Positions 48,777 through 64,000 are shown, counted from the first letter of the stretch. The stretch is 64,000 nt of DNA from Zancudomyces culisetae HAW-14-8 (GCA_052426225.1 JBNJNM010000010.1:806001-870000); one strand, 5' to 3'. The notes: generated from the sequence alone by a model not told the origin. Numbers and translations: made by a program.

Positions 48777-51256
48777 TTTTCAACTTGCGTAGTATTAATC
48801 AGTGCTGAAAGATTGAATTCGAATGCAATTTTAATTTAACTATGGAGGTATAAGTGTTGACATTTTAATCCAAAAAGTCTTAGCGACAGTACTAAGCATT
48901 TATAAACAATTGAAAATAAAGCCGCACCATTTTTATTACATAACACTGGTTGCTTTCTCTTGGTAACCTAAAATTAGTTGCTACAAAAAAAAATTTTATG
49001 CATATGGAAAAAAAAAAACCGAAATGAAAAAGTTTCATGTGATGGACAATGCATCTCACTAGGTGATAAATGTAGCAACCCCATTTCGGCAATAGGCATT
49101 TTTGCACACGAAAGGAAAGATATAATTACGAGAAACCATTGCACCCCTAAATCACAGCTAAAGGTTCAGGCAGCAGGTACACAGATGCACATATAGTAAA
49201 AAAAGGCGTTGCCTTCTTTTTTTGTATACTACTGTCCACCAGTGATGTGAATGTGAAGATATTAATCCCCCTCCCCCCCCTCCATAGTATTTTCATCCAT
49301 CTCTATTAACACATATCTTTCATTTTCCACATTTTCCACATTTTCCCAATTTAATATATTTTTTTTGGATGCTCAGAGTTTTTGCAAAATGATTTGCGAA
49401 AGAAATTGGTATTACTACTAGCAACAAGTATTTCATATCCAGTTGGCTACAATGGTTTTACATCAGGAAGTAAGATGTGCTGTGTACCAGCTTTATTATT
49501 TGGTCATAACCTTATTGTCCTAGAAGTCAAGAACTCTATGTTGGAACAAACACAAACATCCAAAGCAATGAAAGTAGCCGAGTATATCCCATTTAGTTAA
49601 TATGCCCCATAGAACTTTGGGAATCATTCAATAAGTAGTTTCACAAAAGAGAAGATCGTTATGTTTCCTCAATGGAATATCTTGATTCACGCCATTTAAG
49701 ATTAGCAGGATAGAGTGCACCGAAAAACCTGACATTCCAGTTTATTTACAAGCGTTGTTGTGCTGTTGATTCTAGTTTATGATAACACTGAGTTGCAGGC
49801 TCTAGGCATGTTTGGAACAAGAAGTTTACAACTTAAAGGATCTACTGAGTGGAAATAAAGATCAGGTATCTCAAGTGGCAAAATAAGTTTAGCATATCTT
49901 GGCACCGGAGAAAGAGAATTGACGTTTCTATACTCTACCCGAAAGCAACTAGCTGGAATGGATACATTACACGGATGGTTATAGGCTACGGATATTAAAG
50001 ATATTGTTATCTAGAGAAGTATAATATAACATACACTTTATAGTTGTTGTTTACTATTACCATGTGGTAGCCCTTGTGCATTTGTATATTCCATGTTATC
50101 TAGGTCTGTGTAGCTTGAACTTGTGTTCTGGCAGCGTGATATTAAATATGTCCTATCTTTTGATTCTTTTGTTTCTTACTGCATGCTATGTAAACAATAC
50201 TTGGTTTTGGTTTTCGTTTTGCACTAAATCATTTAGTGTAAATCCACAGCAAAACTTATAATGCTGCTACTAAAGGCGCATTTGACATGCATGCTTCGGG
50301 CAAATATGAAGAAACTTACCAAGATTTTCAGGAAATCTGCACCCACCAGAATCGGGGAGCTAACAAACAATTTTACAGGCGTAACTAATGCTTTTTGTTT
50401 TAACTATCACATTTATTTTTTTGATTGAACCTCTCTTTTAATCACATAGCTCTCCAACATTTTTTTAGTCAGTATAACGCACTGTCAAATAACAAGCAAA
50501 TGTGAGAATATTTAGTGTTACACTCATTGAAAATCCACACTTGCTGGAATCATTCAAGTTTTTTTTATTTGGAATAATAACTCTTCCACTTTTCTTGCAA
50601 ATTCATTGACCAAGTCATACTTTATGGTACGCTGATGAATATTCCATTTAGTGGAAAGGCACATATTTTTTTCTCTGTCATATTTTCTTCTATGTTGATA
50701 TTATAAATAGACAGAATTACATAAATTGACAAAATTTAGTAAAACACGCACATTATATCGATTTAAACTAGGTTTTATTGGTTGCAAGGGGACATCAGCT
50801 TTGCATTTTTCTTGATTTTTTCTACGATTGCGCTAGTTGTAATAAAAGGATTCAAAAAGCCAATAAGCGAAAAGCCTATCAATGTTCCTAAAACAGAACA
50901 TAAAGTAAAAAATTATAAGAGAAAAGGAAATGACCCGAATAACAATTTGAACAACCCGAATGGTAAATATATGAAGAATAGTTTGGAAACTCATAGTTTC
51001 AAACTAAAGTAGTCGAACGATTTTGATAGCTGCAAGCGAGCCTACCTCAGATTCCTATTGACGACAGTGTCAAGTGTATTCAACAAAATTATATTTTGAT
51101 TTATTTGTCGTACTAAATAAATATATATTATTGGATTGTTTCAATTTGCAAAAGTGCTAGATTTCAAAAAAAATATTTAAAAGAAAACGGCAACACATAG
51201 TAAATCGACTAAGGACAAATGAACGATACAGAGAAACGATTAAAGAGGCAGCAAAA

Positions 51257-52726
51257 ATGAATTTTTTTGGTTTAAGAAGACAAAAACAGAGTGTACCAAA
51301 CTTGCGCTCTGGTGGAAGCGTCCACACAACTGTAGATAAAACCAGTATATATACCTTTGGACATAATACTAGCTTAAATACACTGCATTCGTCCACAATA
51401 TCCGGAGAAACGGCTGAAAAAATACTACAAGTAGTTGTAATTGGTGGCTCTATATCGGGTCTTGCAGCGATTAGGTATATTGAATTTTACGCAAAGAGAA
51501 ATGTTCGGATCAAGTTAATAGAAGAAAAAGAAAGGATGTTTTATAGATCAGGAATGTTGGCTGGGCTTATAGATAGTTCCATACTACCAAATCTTTCGAT
51601 AGCAAATAGAAATGTGTTTAAATATAAACATAATCTGCATATTGTCGGAAAAGCGAAAAAGATTAAACGCGAGTTTGTAGAATTAGAGACGGGAGATCTG
51701 GTATTTTACGACATTATAGTAATAGCTACGGGATGCGAATACCCATGTGACAACTGGATTGAAGCTAGCCTGGGGAGGAGTAGGTTAGAGTCGTTCTTGC
51801 TTCATTATCAAGCTCTCAAAGTTGCAAAGTCCATATTGATAATAGGTGGAGGAGCTAGTGGTGTCGAGATGGCATTTAGGCTTATGAAAGAGTTTAGCGG
51901 GAAAACTATTACAATTATCCACGAAAATAAAACCATACTTGACGGAGACTATACGGATTCATATAGAAAAAAGATTGTGAACAAATTACTTTCAAATGGG
52001 ATACAATTGGTTTTGAATGAGAAGGCGAAAATCTCAAATTACAAAAGCTTTGGATATCCGTTCAAAGGAAGGTGGATAGAAACAAACTCGGGAAAATTGA
52101 TTTTTTCAGATATTCAAGTAAGCCTTTTTTTACTTTTATTTTTACTAATAGCTCAAGTATGATGCCGAAACCATTTAGTTTACTATAATCCGATCATGTA
52201 AAAATCGCTTGAAACTAACGAATAAGCTTTATAACTATAGCTCAATTTTACAAGCCCTATAGCCAAGCCAGAGTTCTTACGGCAGTTCGAACCCGATTCT
52301 TTTGATTATATTGACCAAAGTACGGGCTTTATTTTGGTCAACCGGGGACTTCAAGTTATAGGACATAGCAATATTTTTGCAATTGGAGACTGTAATAATA
52401 TAAAGGGACCAAAATCAGAATCACGATCTTTGAGCCAGGCGCAATGTATAGGAAAAACAATTGGTCAATGGGCTCTGACCCATGCTGCAAAACGGCCCTA
52501 CCTCAAAGTTTTACCTGAAACTTGGGCAGCAGATTGTGAAAGTGCCCTACTTTCTATTATTAGTAATGAAAAAAAGGAAATCGGATTATACTTGTCTAAT
52601 GGGTTTTCTGACACCTACAAACTCAAATCATATAGAAAGTTTGAAATAGATATTAAAAAAACCGAGGGACTGAAGAACCTCGCCAAGTTGGTCGGTTCAG
52701 GTATTAGGGGTTCGTTCAATAATTGA
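51257..52726 (+). CDS. FAD/NAD(P)-dependent oxidoreductase, AMID/AIFM2 (FSP1)-like; one intron ~52118-52240
   Basis: VVVIGGSISG, YDIIVIATG, ILIIGGGASGVEMA, LQVIGHSNIFAIGD. Confidence 0.8.
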
Positions 52727-53574
52727 TTATTGCGTATGGTGTATATGCTTTACTGCGTTAGCGCTACTAACGTTGTCTTTTTTCTATAAAAAACAAAAAG
52801 CAAAAAAACTAATGTGTGTTACTTTACAAGATTGTGTTATTTTGACATATTTTTACGAGATAGATAATTTATTAATAGATACAGTTGTAGTTGATTTACA
52901 ATAAAGAGGCACAATATTTGCCATCTAGTTTCATCGCTGTGATCACAGATCAGATTGTAAAGAAAATGCATAGCAAAGTAGCTTTTGATTCTGGATGTCA
53001 ATATGGTGGTGATTGTTGTTTTTTCAACATGAGGAAGCGCGTATATTTTTTTTTTCCCACTGAACAATGTCTTTATGTATATGTTACAGAAATTTGCAAC
53101 AAAAAAAAAAAAGCTGAAGCAATTGAATGGTAAAGAAATGAAGAGTTTGGGAATAGAGGGAGTACACGCGCCTAGGCTTTGCCCAGTACAAATCGCCAAT
53201 GGATACTTGAACATTATAAATGCGTTTCTGCCCTTTTACTATATTTTGAAAAACCTATATATAACTCAACGATTCTGTAGATAATCACATATAAACCAAA
53301 CAAATACCATTTGTGTGTTTCTGGCGCAAGATCTCGACATATATAGATGAAAAAATAAAAACAGGAGGCAAAGTTCAATCCAAATGAATAGCTATTTGTA
53401 TAATTTTTTTTAGCCAACTTGTGGTTTTGTGAGAATAACATTTCTTTGGATAGTAATAAGGAAGTGCAATATTTGAAAACGGTGTTGAAACTTTCTTTCA
53501 AAATGGATTTCTAATCTGCTTGCAGCTAAAGATCCTAGAAAAAAAAGTAAAAAGATATTTTGCATCAAAACGGG

Positions 53575-54441
53575 TTAGTTACGGGTGGATACATCAAACT
53601 CGATTCTTGATACTTCATGGCCCTCGTACTCCAAGCCTGCAACAACTTTATCGCCAGCCTCGATAGGTCCGACACCCTTTGGTGTTCCTAAAATCGAGAA
53701 ATGTTTATATATTATTTTTAATCATTTTTTTTGGCATGTTAGGTAGAATGAAAGTGGCTTTATGTTTTATAAAAAGCACCTGAGTGTAAAAGAAAACATA
53801 CCAGTTAAAATCAAGTCGCCTTTTTCAAGTGTCATAATTGAGCTTATATATTCTATCAGCTTTGGGATTTTAAACACCATCATTCCAGTGTTATCATCCT
53901 GTCTGGTTTTTCCAGATACGCTGGCCCAAATTCTGACGTTATGTGGATCGGCTAACTTTTCCTTTGGAATAAAATCACCGATTGGTGTGAAATGATCGAA
54001 TCCTTTGGCAACGGTCCATGGGTGCCCTCTTTGCTTTGCAAGACTCTGGATATCACGAGCCGTAAGATCCAAGCCAAGCGCATAGCCAGATACGTAGTCA
54101 AAGGCATCTTTCTCCTTGATGTCTTTTCCAGTCTTACCAATAACAACACCAAGCTCAACTTCGTGATGCACCAATTGTCCCTTAGGAAGCAAGATTGTAT
54201 TTGGTGATTTCAGATACGAAGTAGTAGGCTTTAGAAAAAACATTGGCTCAGTTGGGACTGATCCTTTCATTTCTAGTGCATGTTCGCTAGTTTATAATAT
54301 ATGCCATTTATTGATTATTCTTTTTTTTTCTCTCAAGCTGTTAGATGTAAAAGATGATTTATGTCTATTTGAGTATAGTGCTTACGCGTAGTTTTTTCCA
54401 ATTGCCAATATTTTTCTTCCATCTTTAACAAAACTTGCCAT
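53575..54441 (-). CDS. FAHD1: Fumarylacetoacetate hydrolase family protein (FAHD1/Fmp41), 3 exons
   Basis: KILAIGKNYA|.HALEM, PMFFLKPTTS, HHEVELGVVIG, GLDLTARD, PWTVAKGFD, GDLILTG|TPKGVG. Confidence 0.94.
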
Positions 54442-56896
54442 TTTCGACCAGCTGATGAATCTAGATTTTCTGTATCCAAAAAAGATATACGGAAACAAAT
54501 TCCTTTAAACTCAAAGTAAAAAAAGTCTCTTATATACAGGGGAATGTTGTTTTTGAAATCGACTAATGTGAAAATAGTGTTTCAGTTTAATTCCGAAATC
54601 GACAGATTGCAATATCTCCACTCAATAAAACCAATTCTAATCATTTTCTCATGCTCCAATTGGTGCTCGGAGCTGGTTGATTTGCCAAATGAGAGACTGA
54701 CAAATCTGGATATTGATCATAATAAGAACATACCCGGGTCTTACATTTATCTATAAACTTATGTTTAGACCTAATACACTCAGTAGAACGTTTAGTTCAA
54801 CCTTATTATTTGCATACTCTTACTGCTAGTCAAGTAAAGAAAACCCGGATGCCACTTTTGGAAAATCTCACCCCCTCATTTCTTGGTTACTAACACAGCT
54901 TATGATATTCAAAATACAAGGAACAAGAAAATGGAGAGTCAAATGATTGAATTTTGGTGTGCGGAGCTTTTTTTGGGGGGGGGCACATTGTAAACTTTAA
55001 ATAAAGCAAAAATGCACGTACAGAAGCATACAAATAGTGAGTGAATAAGACCAATGAGGAGTTGCTAAAAACTCTAGAATGTTGTGGAAGTGTGCGTTAC
55101 CTGTTTGCCGGATACAGGTGACAGGATTAAAAATAATATCACTGGAAAAAGACGTAACAATAGTTTGAAGTTGTTATATTGCCATCTCTAGGATTGCCTT
55201 TGTGTAAATTTGTAACTACCAATTATCTTATCATATGACTTTTGACATAAGCCACCTTAATTGGCACTTTGGTATCCTAGTTTGCTTATCTGTGGTATCA
55301 AAGAATGCGAATGTTAAAGTAAATAGGTAAATTGTCTAGGAGTGGTTTATTTTATATAGTTCCATGCTTGTAGTTGCAATCATTTTGAAAGTATATTACA
55401 ACATATACATGGATTGAATTTTCTAAAAATTTAATTTTTCTTGTAATATTAATTTTTCAGCTTTAAACCAATCCTGCTTATTTGACGTTGAAAAATAATA
55501 TAGTCAGCATGTAGAACAATCATCTGTAACGGTTGATCTTTTAACCAACCACTCATATATGTATTCGCCTATTTGTTTAAGTTGAATTCGTACTTTACAG
55601 GTATTATCTTGTCTAGGCAGACTCTCGATTACTTTTTATTTTTGTTGGATATGGGTTACACAAAATCAATAGTGATTTTCAAGTAACTCCTTTAAAGTTA
55701 CCATGTGTATAATGAGCTGAAAATCCACTTTATCGCGAATTACTTGAAAATCGTTATTGTTAATGGATTCGCACCTCACATTAAAAAAAACCGATGTAAA
55801 TCAAGTTGTCGAAAGTTGGAATGTTGAAATTCATATTAAGTTGTACGCATACATATTTATTCTGTTTATACAAAACGACAATCAAAGGACTGGAATTCAA
55901 TTTATTTTTCTGGTTACCCAATACATTGCAGCTAATTACTGAGGTTCAAACACTGGTAATCACTATCCTCGATCCTAGAAACATATGCAATAACAAAACA
56001 TTGTAAATTTTATAATGCTTTTACCAGATTAGACACTACTCCGCCTTTTAAAACCATAAGAGTAGTCTAGCTCGTGACACAGAGAACCTTTTGTATTTTG
56101 ATTTTTTTTAGTGTTTGTCTTAGAATAAACCTATGACCAATGTGGGTTAATAGGCGCTAAATTCAACAAAAGCACATTTTCATCCAATTCACGAGTGCAG
56201 CATCGTGGACACAATCATAGTTGAGATAGAGGGTTTGGGGTTATGACCATTGTACAAGATTGGTTTTGGTTTGCGGTTAGATAGGTATTGATTTATCACC
56301 AAGGCTCTGAATTTATAGATAGTGCGATGTATGATGTATGATGAACTAAAGGGGAAAAAAAAGATATATCATTCTAGATGTATGAAATCTTGTTTTTTAC
56401 AATAATTGCAATACGAATAGTCGAGGATGATAATTGTTTTCGCCGAATTTTTTTTGTCAGCCAGATAAATATGCTTTTTTGATTATACATTTACACGAGA
56501 TGGTTTAGGTGTTACGCACCGTTGGCCAAATAGAATCTGTATCGCCGAGAGTTTTGGAAGCCAGTATTCAAGTAGCCCACAAACATATTCATCTGATTGA
56601 TATTTCCAGACAATACTTGAATTATATATATTTTTTGTCTGCTACGCAAAAAATTTAATAGCCAATACCAAGATATACTTCTAGTTAGCTACGAGTCATT
56701 CAACTAACAAGAGTAAGGTGTTTGCAAAGTTGTAGTTCCATCAACACGACATATTTGGGCTCTATTATCTGTTTAGGCAATAAAGTTCCCCATTACAAGC
56801 TAGAGTTTCAAGTTTATGTCCAATCATAGCAGACAACCAAAGATAAAGTAGAGGGTAACAAGTGGAAATCAGATTGTACAAGTTGTAGTAGAAAGT

Positions 56897-56940
56897 GGTG
56901 AATGGTGAATGGTGAATGGTGAATGGTGAATGGTGAATGG
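56897..56940 (+). repeat. (GGTGAAT)n heptamer tandem repeat, about 6 copies
   Basis: Visible in the sequence. Confidence 0.9.
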
Positions 56941-57496
56941 CTAATGGTGGATTTAGCGTTTTTATTTTTCCTGATTCTAAAAAAACCAAGTATGGGAAAA
57001 AGTCTCAAAAACATGTGTTAGAAAATCGTTAATTTTCGCAATGTAATGGAAAATAAATGATAAAAATCAAGGCGAAAAATGGCTAGGCTTTTGCTTTTGC
57101 TTCTGAAAAAAAAGACAATTCTTGGTGTCAAATTGATTTACTTTTTAAAGTAATTTCGTTTATTAGCTTCTTGCTTTACTTGCATTATTGGCTACTTGCT
57201 ATTGTTAATGTTCTTAAATTGTATTCGGAAATACAAATTTCAACAGAGACCAAAGGCGTAAAAGTGCGCAAAAATAAAATTAGAAAAAAATGCACGTTAG
57301 ATTTTTCTGGGTACTTTTGCGTATATATCCCACTTTCGTCGAAATTCATATAAATTATAAAATATTCCACTAGGGTATTAGATTCTAACGATTCTATTAA
57401 CAAGACAATTGCTTGATTTTAGCTATTCTTTCTTTTATAAAAGTCATTGACTAGAGAAGCAGCTGTACAATAACCAAAAAGAAATGATAGTAGAAC

Positions 57497-59016
57497 ATGT
57501 TTTCTTGTAATTGTTTAAATGTGCAATTTTATGCACAAAAAATAGATGAAACACAAAACACGCTGATTGATAATAAGCAATGGGAAAAGTACAAATTGGA
57601 GAGGGGTTCAATTGAAACGGTAAGGTGAAAAGATACCTTTAAAGGGGGTTACTTTAGTTAACCTGTTGTTCTATAAAAATAGAAAGTTTCGGATTTGGTC
57701 AAAATTCAGTGTAAACGAAGAGAAAAAGTATTTATATACACTATAATGTGCGAAAATTGTTTAAATGAAGTAATAAGCTTTATCGACAAAGCGAAAAGAA
57801 CAGGATTCGATAGCGAAAAAGAGCGTATACTCATACCAGTTGAGGAAATTTACATTTCATTCGGTGTTAGGGTAAGTTTCAGGATGTTTTTAGCATAGAA
57901 TGGGGCTTTTGTACATTTTTTGCACATCGTCATTAACATGTGTCACATATCGATAGAAAATATTTTTTATAATATAGTGAGGTTAAGTAAAGGGGATATG
58001 TAATTAACAAGTTTTGATAAAATAAATGATATGTATAAAATATAGAGGGGGGAGGAAGTAGAGGCGCTGAAGTCTTTGAAGGGTTATTCCGATATTTTTG
58101 GTCTTAATTTGGATTTATACGTAAATGATACAGGAAAGTCGACTCTAATGCTCGAACATAGTAAGTATTGTACTCAAGATATATAAAATATATTCATGGT
58201 GTTATTAAAGAAGAAATATAAATTCATGTCTCTTTAACTTTTAACCAAATTTATATAGAGGGACTGAGGAATAAAATGAACCACTGGTTGCATATCCAAG
58301 AAAATCGTTTGAATAGTGAAATCGATGAGTTTGCACGGAAACAAAGGGAAAAGTTGGTATCGATGGCCAAGATTGCTGAAAACGATTACAAATTACTTTG
58401 TAAAAAAATAGAGAATAGTAGTATAGTTCAAAAAGCCAAAGAATCTGCAGAAGCCGAAAATGGGGATGAAGAGAAGGATCTTGACCTATTTGAGCTGGAG
58501 GGAGTAGAGGTTTTACCGGAAACAGGGGTTGATGTAGCAGCATCTGGTGCTGGTGTGGAGACTTCATTGTCTAACAGGAATAAGAGTCTATCCATTACGT
58601 TTCCAGATAGCATTTCAAAAGATTCGCGAATAATCGCATCTGGCATTGCAAGGTATAACCTGAGTCAAAGTTATAAAGCTAAAGGGCCCTTGGCTCTTCC
58701 CAAGCTAGACCCTGAGCTAACGACAAATATTCTCAGAAAAAGTAATGATAGTGACGGGGGAAATGATATTAGCGACTATTCTAAATACTCGTCTTCTATC
58801 CCCGTCAATATTCCCATATCAATATCCAACACTTCTGGCCTTCCGGCTGCTAATAGTTCTGTATACCCAACTTCAAACAAATCCAATTCGCCGAACTCCG
58901 GGATTTTTATTCCACCTCACCTCATTGCTGACTCCCAGCGTTCTAATGATCCCACCCATAAATTTGGCTCCAAACCACCCGAATCTAATATAAAGAGATA
59001 CAAACGCGTTTTTTAG
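57497..59016 (+). CDS. Multi-exon protein resembling PRAS40/AKT1S1 (Lobe); 5' exons approximate
   Basis: Spliceable exons giving CENC..YSDIFGL, a coiled coil, LFELEG (TOS-like), YSSSIPVNIP, FIPPH and FGSKP. Confidence 0.6.
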
Positions 59017-59617
59017 AATTACACTCATTTGATATCCATTTTTCATCTGTACTCTTTCCGTATTCTCATTGACATGGTAAAAGCCGCAGGTGTTATAATT
59101 ACGTGCATAGAATTACCAAAATTTAAAATACAGATTTGTGTTTAATCAACTGTAGACAAAGCCTTGAAGATTTTTTACCCAACTTCAGATCAAACAGCAA
59201 ATGTGTAAACATATTAATAACGGGCGTTTATTTGCTAATTTAATGCATACACCTCTGATTGCATCCCTCGTCTTTATTTGTGCTCAACTTCTTATTTGCA
59301 CATAATACTTTTACATAACCTTACTACTCATTAAGACTTTGAAAATTGGTTTGACAGCGAATAGGAACTCAGCTTTCAATTTCAGACAAAAACCTTTTTT
59401 GCCAAACCCACAATTTGCATAAACCACTTTATCCTCAAACCAATTGTCGTGTTTATTTGAATAGTCAGATTTAGTCACCAAGATCAGCAGATATCGACTT
59501 TTATGTTTTCCAATTTTTCTTTTGCTACCTCTTCCATTTAATTATTAATTTTCATTTTAAAATAATATCTCGGCTTGAATCTACTGTTCTAAAAACAATA
59601 TTAAAATTATATCAGAA

Positions 59618-60537
<920 letters not shown>

Positions 60538-63500
60538 TCCAAACAAGAACCAGGAGTGCTATTACCCATGTTTTTAACTTTATCAGTTCAAACGATTAAT
60601 TTGCTGTCCAATAATTGGTACATAATAAATACATCAGCTGTAATATGTTATCAACACACTGAGCGTGTGCTCCCACTTTTTAAATATAGTTATTTGACCC
60701 AGAAGACAAACAAGAGTATAGTCAGATAAGAATCAATAAAGTTGAATGTTGATTGATTTGATGGTCTGAAATTATTAATAACCCAAATAGTTACCTCAAG
60801 CATTTCTATATACTTAATGTATAGAACGATGTACTTTGTTACAAATGCGTAGATTTATGCTTTAGGTAAAACCGTAGAAAGTTAATAACAATACTGCTAC
60901 ATTATTTCTGAGTTGAAATTAGAAAATGCTGTAGAGTCATAAACTTGGCAAATTTGGGTAAAGGTTAGTACTTATCCCTATTCCGTTTATTTTATTTAGG
61001 GATAAGCTTTTATTCTTAAATATATGAAGAGTTGCAGAGTATATTATATATTTTGTTCACAATTTTACGCAAATAAAGCCATTTAAAGCGAATTGTGATG
61101 GGGAAAAAAAAGTTTCACATGTAGAAATAAACGCAACAACAGCAATATTTGAAACACAATGAAAATGTAGAAAACAACCAACTAGCTAAAGTAGTCAAGG
61201 GAAGACGTGATATTAATTAGAGGGTATTTCAATTAGGAAAATAAGTCAACATAAAAGAGTATACAAAATTATAAAGTTTCATTAATAAACTTAATTTGAA
61301 TCTGTGGTCAAATATATCAATTAAAACACTGTTGTGTTAAACGATGCTACCAAATGATCATTAATGATTTCATAAATAGATTAATTTCTACTTTTTATAT
61401 GACTTTATTTAATGGTGTGTTATTAGTCATAATCTAAATCCACAAAAACTTGCGAAATAACTCTAGGTAGATTACCTGAATAAGAATAAATAATTTATGT
61501 GTTAAAACGACTAGATAAAATAGTTATTTTCACTATCAACAATAATCTAGTTAAAATATGTGGCGTAAAATGTTATAGAGTACATCCTGTACAATAAATA
61601 AAGGTAGTAAAGAATATAAAAAATTGTAAATAGATTTTATTTTATATATATGAGGTTAGGAAGTGGGATGATAACAAATCGAGAATAGGTTTAATATACT
61701 GAAATATAGAATTAGGCATGTAAGATGGCGATAGATTAAATAACAACAAATAATGCAATTAACACACCCCAAAAAATGATATTAGGAATATCTACATACA
61801 ACATTTTAGTATGCGAGTTAATTTCCTCCGAAAACACAAACAGTACAAATATATTCACAATAATCGTTACAAAGGATGTTATTTATTTATATCCAATAGT
61901 ATTTCTTAGAGTTCCCGATTATCTATATGATGATTATGTATTACATCAAACTAAAAGCTTGAAGCTATTATGATAACATATATTAACATAATAGTTACAA
62001 TTATAGTTGCCAGAGACTACTAATTACATATAGGTAAGTTCAGTTTTTGGAAATAAATAAAATGTAAAACAAATTCACTGATTACAAGAAAAATTGTTTT
62101 ATAGTCTCGTGTGCTCTGGATAAAAGTCCTAAACAATTCAATACCTTGGAAAAGTATATTTATTTAGGGAAACATTATATATTTCAAACGACGAAATGAA
62201 ATATTTATTATATCAATAATCAAATATATGAATTAAATTTCCGATCACAAAATGCCAGAAATATTCAGTTCAAAAATTTTAGATAAACTTTATAAAGTAG
62301 TATAAGAGCATAAAACGAATTTATATTTATCAGTATACTTACTTAAGTTAAATTATATTTAGACAACTATGGAAAATGAGTCAGAATATGAGGATGACGA
62401 CAGGGCTGAGTATGAAACAATAACGGATATAGTAAATATTAATAGGATGGGTTTTATAAAAACTTAACAGTAACAATTAAAGTATTTAGTGGAGGAGGAG
62501 ATTCCATTTGAAGCATCTTCTGCTATTTTAATAGTTTTAAAAACAATAGTAAGAACAAGAAATAAAAACTTTGAACTAGAAGGAATTTTTTATAGTTATT
62601 TATTTAAAGTATAAAGTAATAATATTAGTGCTTCGGCTAAGGTTAAAAATATTAAAGTAGTAAAAGTTAAAAAGTACTAGTATCTCACGTCAGGTCTTAT
62701 GAAGCAGCTCCGCTCCGCAATTACCATGCAGTTCAGAGATGAAAGGCGTATTCATCAGATAGTGGTAGATCGGGCATCTTATCTATGGAAGTAGAACTCA
62801 CTCCTTCACGTGATCCACTCCTGTATCTTGAAGAAGCGATCCAACAGAAGTTCCAATCCGTATGATACCCAACCAACGAATGAGACCTGCTCGATCGCGT
62901 CTGACAATAGTAAATAATAACGTCGAGCTATTATTATTGCTATTATGGCTTTTTGTTTTGTGGTATAGTGGCTACACAATTTGAAATTGAATCAATTAAA
63001 TTTAGAAAAAAGACCGATTCCTAGTTCACAATGGAGTACAATAATATATAATACTCCAAATTAAAAAATAATAAAAACAAAGATATCAAAAAACATAAGC
63101 CGGAACAAACAGATGAGATAAAAAATTGGCTTTACTAACTACTTTGATACTAATATTTATCTAAATACAAATTATTGTGTTTGTACTTTGCAAATATCAT
63201 TAACAATAGTTATAGTAAATAATCTAGCAATTATAGTATAAGCAAATAAAAAAAGCAAACAGAATTAGTTAAATAACATTAACTGTTGATAAAAATAATG
63301 CCAATCTATGTCAAAATCAGCAATCACTAATTTAAAATATATAGACTATACTAAAATTTACTACTATTAATGCTATTAGCTTCTGTTGATTTTTCAGCTA
63401 CTATGAAGAAGAGTTGGGTATAGCACTGAAATGTTGTATTTAGGTCTAGGTTTATTAAATAGTTTAGATTGAGATAGATTAAATCTTAAGCTATTTAAAA

Positions 63501-64000
63501 ATGTTTGTAGTAATATAACACTAAGTAAACTATAGTTAAATTAATTAGTAAAGTACTTATATATAAAAAAACGTAAATGAGAAGTGTAGTTGTTAAAGAA
63601 AGGGCTAGATATGATTCTTTAGTTGTCCGATCTCGTTTGTATTATGTGATATTTCAGCTGTTCGACTAGGAGAATTATATAGTACCTTAAAGTAATTCAC
63701 ATTTGTCTTTTAAGTGATAATGGCTAGAGAATAGAAGTTGATTCGCTAGCAAAATATGTGTAATGATACACATAAGAAAATACACAGCATATTGTAATAT
63801 ATAATAGATGCTATAAATAATCAGATATATTTTCTAGCTAAATTGATGGCTGAGTTTGGTTTAGCACTGATTTTTGCAGTTATACTCAGTTCTCGGATCA
63901 CTAACTAATTCTGTTTACCGATTGTCAATGTTTAGACCACTTTTATTATTAATAATTAATATAAATCCTAAGTAAACTATATTGGATATAAAGTACAAAT

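Noticed and set aside
49400-50400. Possible pseudogene (WS*PYCPRS looks vaguely glutaredoxin-like)
   Set aside because: Multiple stops and no further recognisable motif; cannot be supported without a search.
56897-56940. (GGTGAAT)n as a telomeric or CRISPR-like array
   Set aside because: Short internal microsatellite with no spacers, in a eukaryotic context.

Overview
AT-rich, intron-containing eukaryotic (fungal) genomic DNA. Short introns and gene content suggest an early-diverging fungus (Zoopagomycota/Harpellales-like); this is an impression, not a tested assignment. About 19 protein-coding genes can be assembled by eye: condensin kleisin BRN1, VPS26, a LARP7/Pof8-like La+RRM+xRRM protein, MSH5, a DUF1308 protein, a tandem AAA ATPase, DNMT2, mitochondrial ThrRS, a Pcl/Clg1-like cyclin, an Asn-rich orphan protein, succinyl-CoA ligase beta, ERD1, a RasGEF-like protein, RPS27, a Bni4-like PP1 regulator, a dolichyl-PP phosphatase, an AMID/FSP1-like oxidoreductase, FAHD1, a PRAS40-like protein and cytidine deaminase. 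No tRNA, rRNA or intact transposon was recognised. Main observations: (1) four reading-frame-required GC-AG introns, all with GCAAGT donors, within 12 kb, two of them in the LARP7-like gene; (2) a probable fungal PRAS40/AKT1S1-like TORC1 regulator; (3) a roughly 230-nt structured ncRNA candidate downstream of RPS27; (4) a mitochondrial ThrRS that keeps an editing domain with its catalytic residues lost; (5) an 8-nt microexon in the DNMT2 SAM-binding motif; (6) an isolated prion-like Asn-rich gene. Exon boundaries were read manually and need RNA-seq confirmation.
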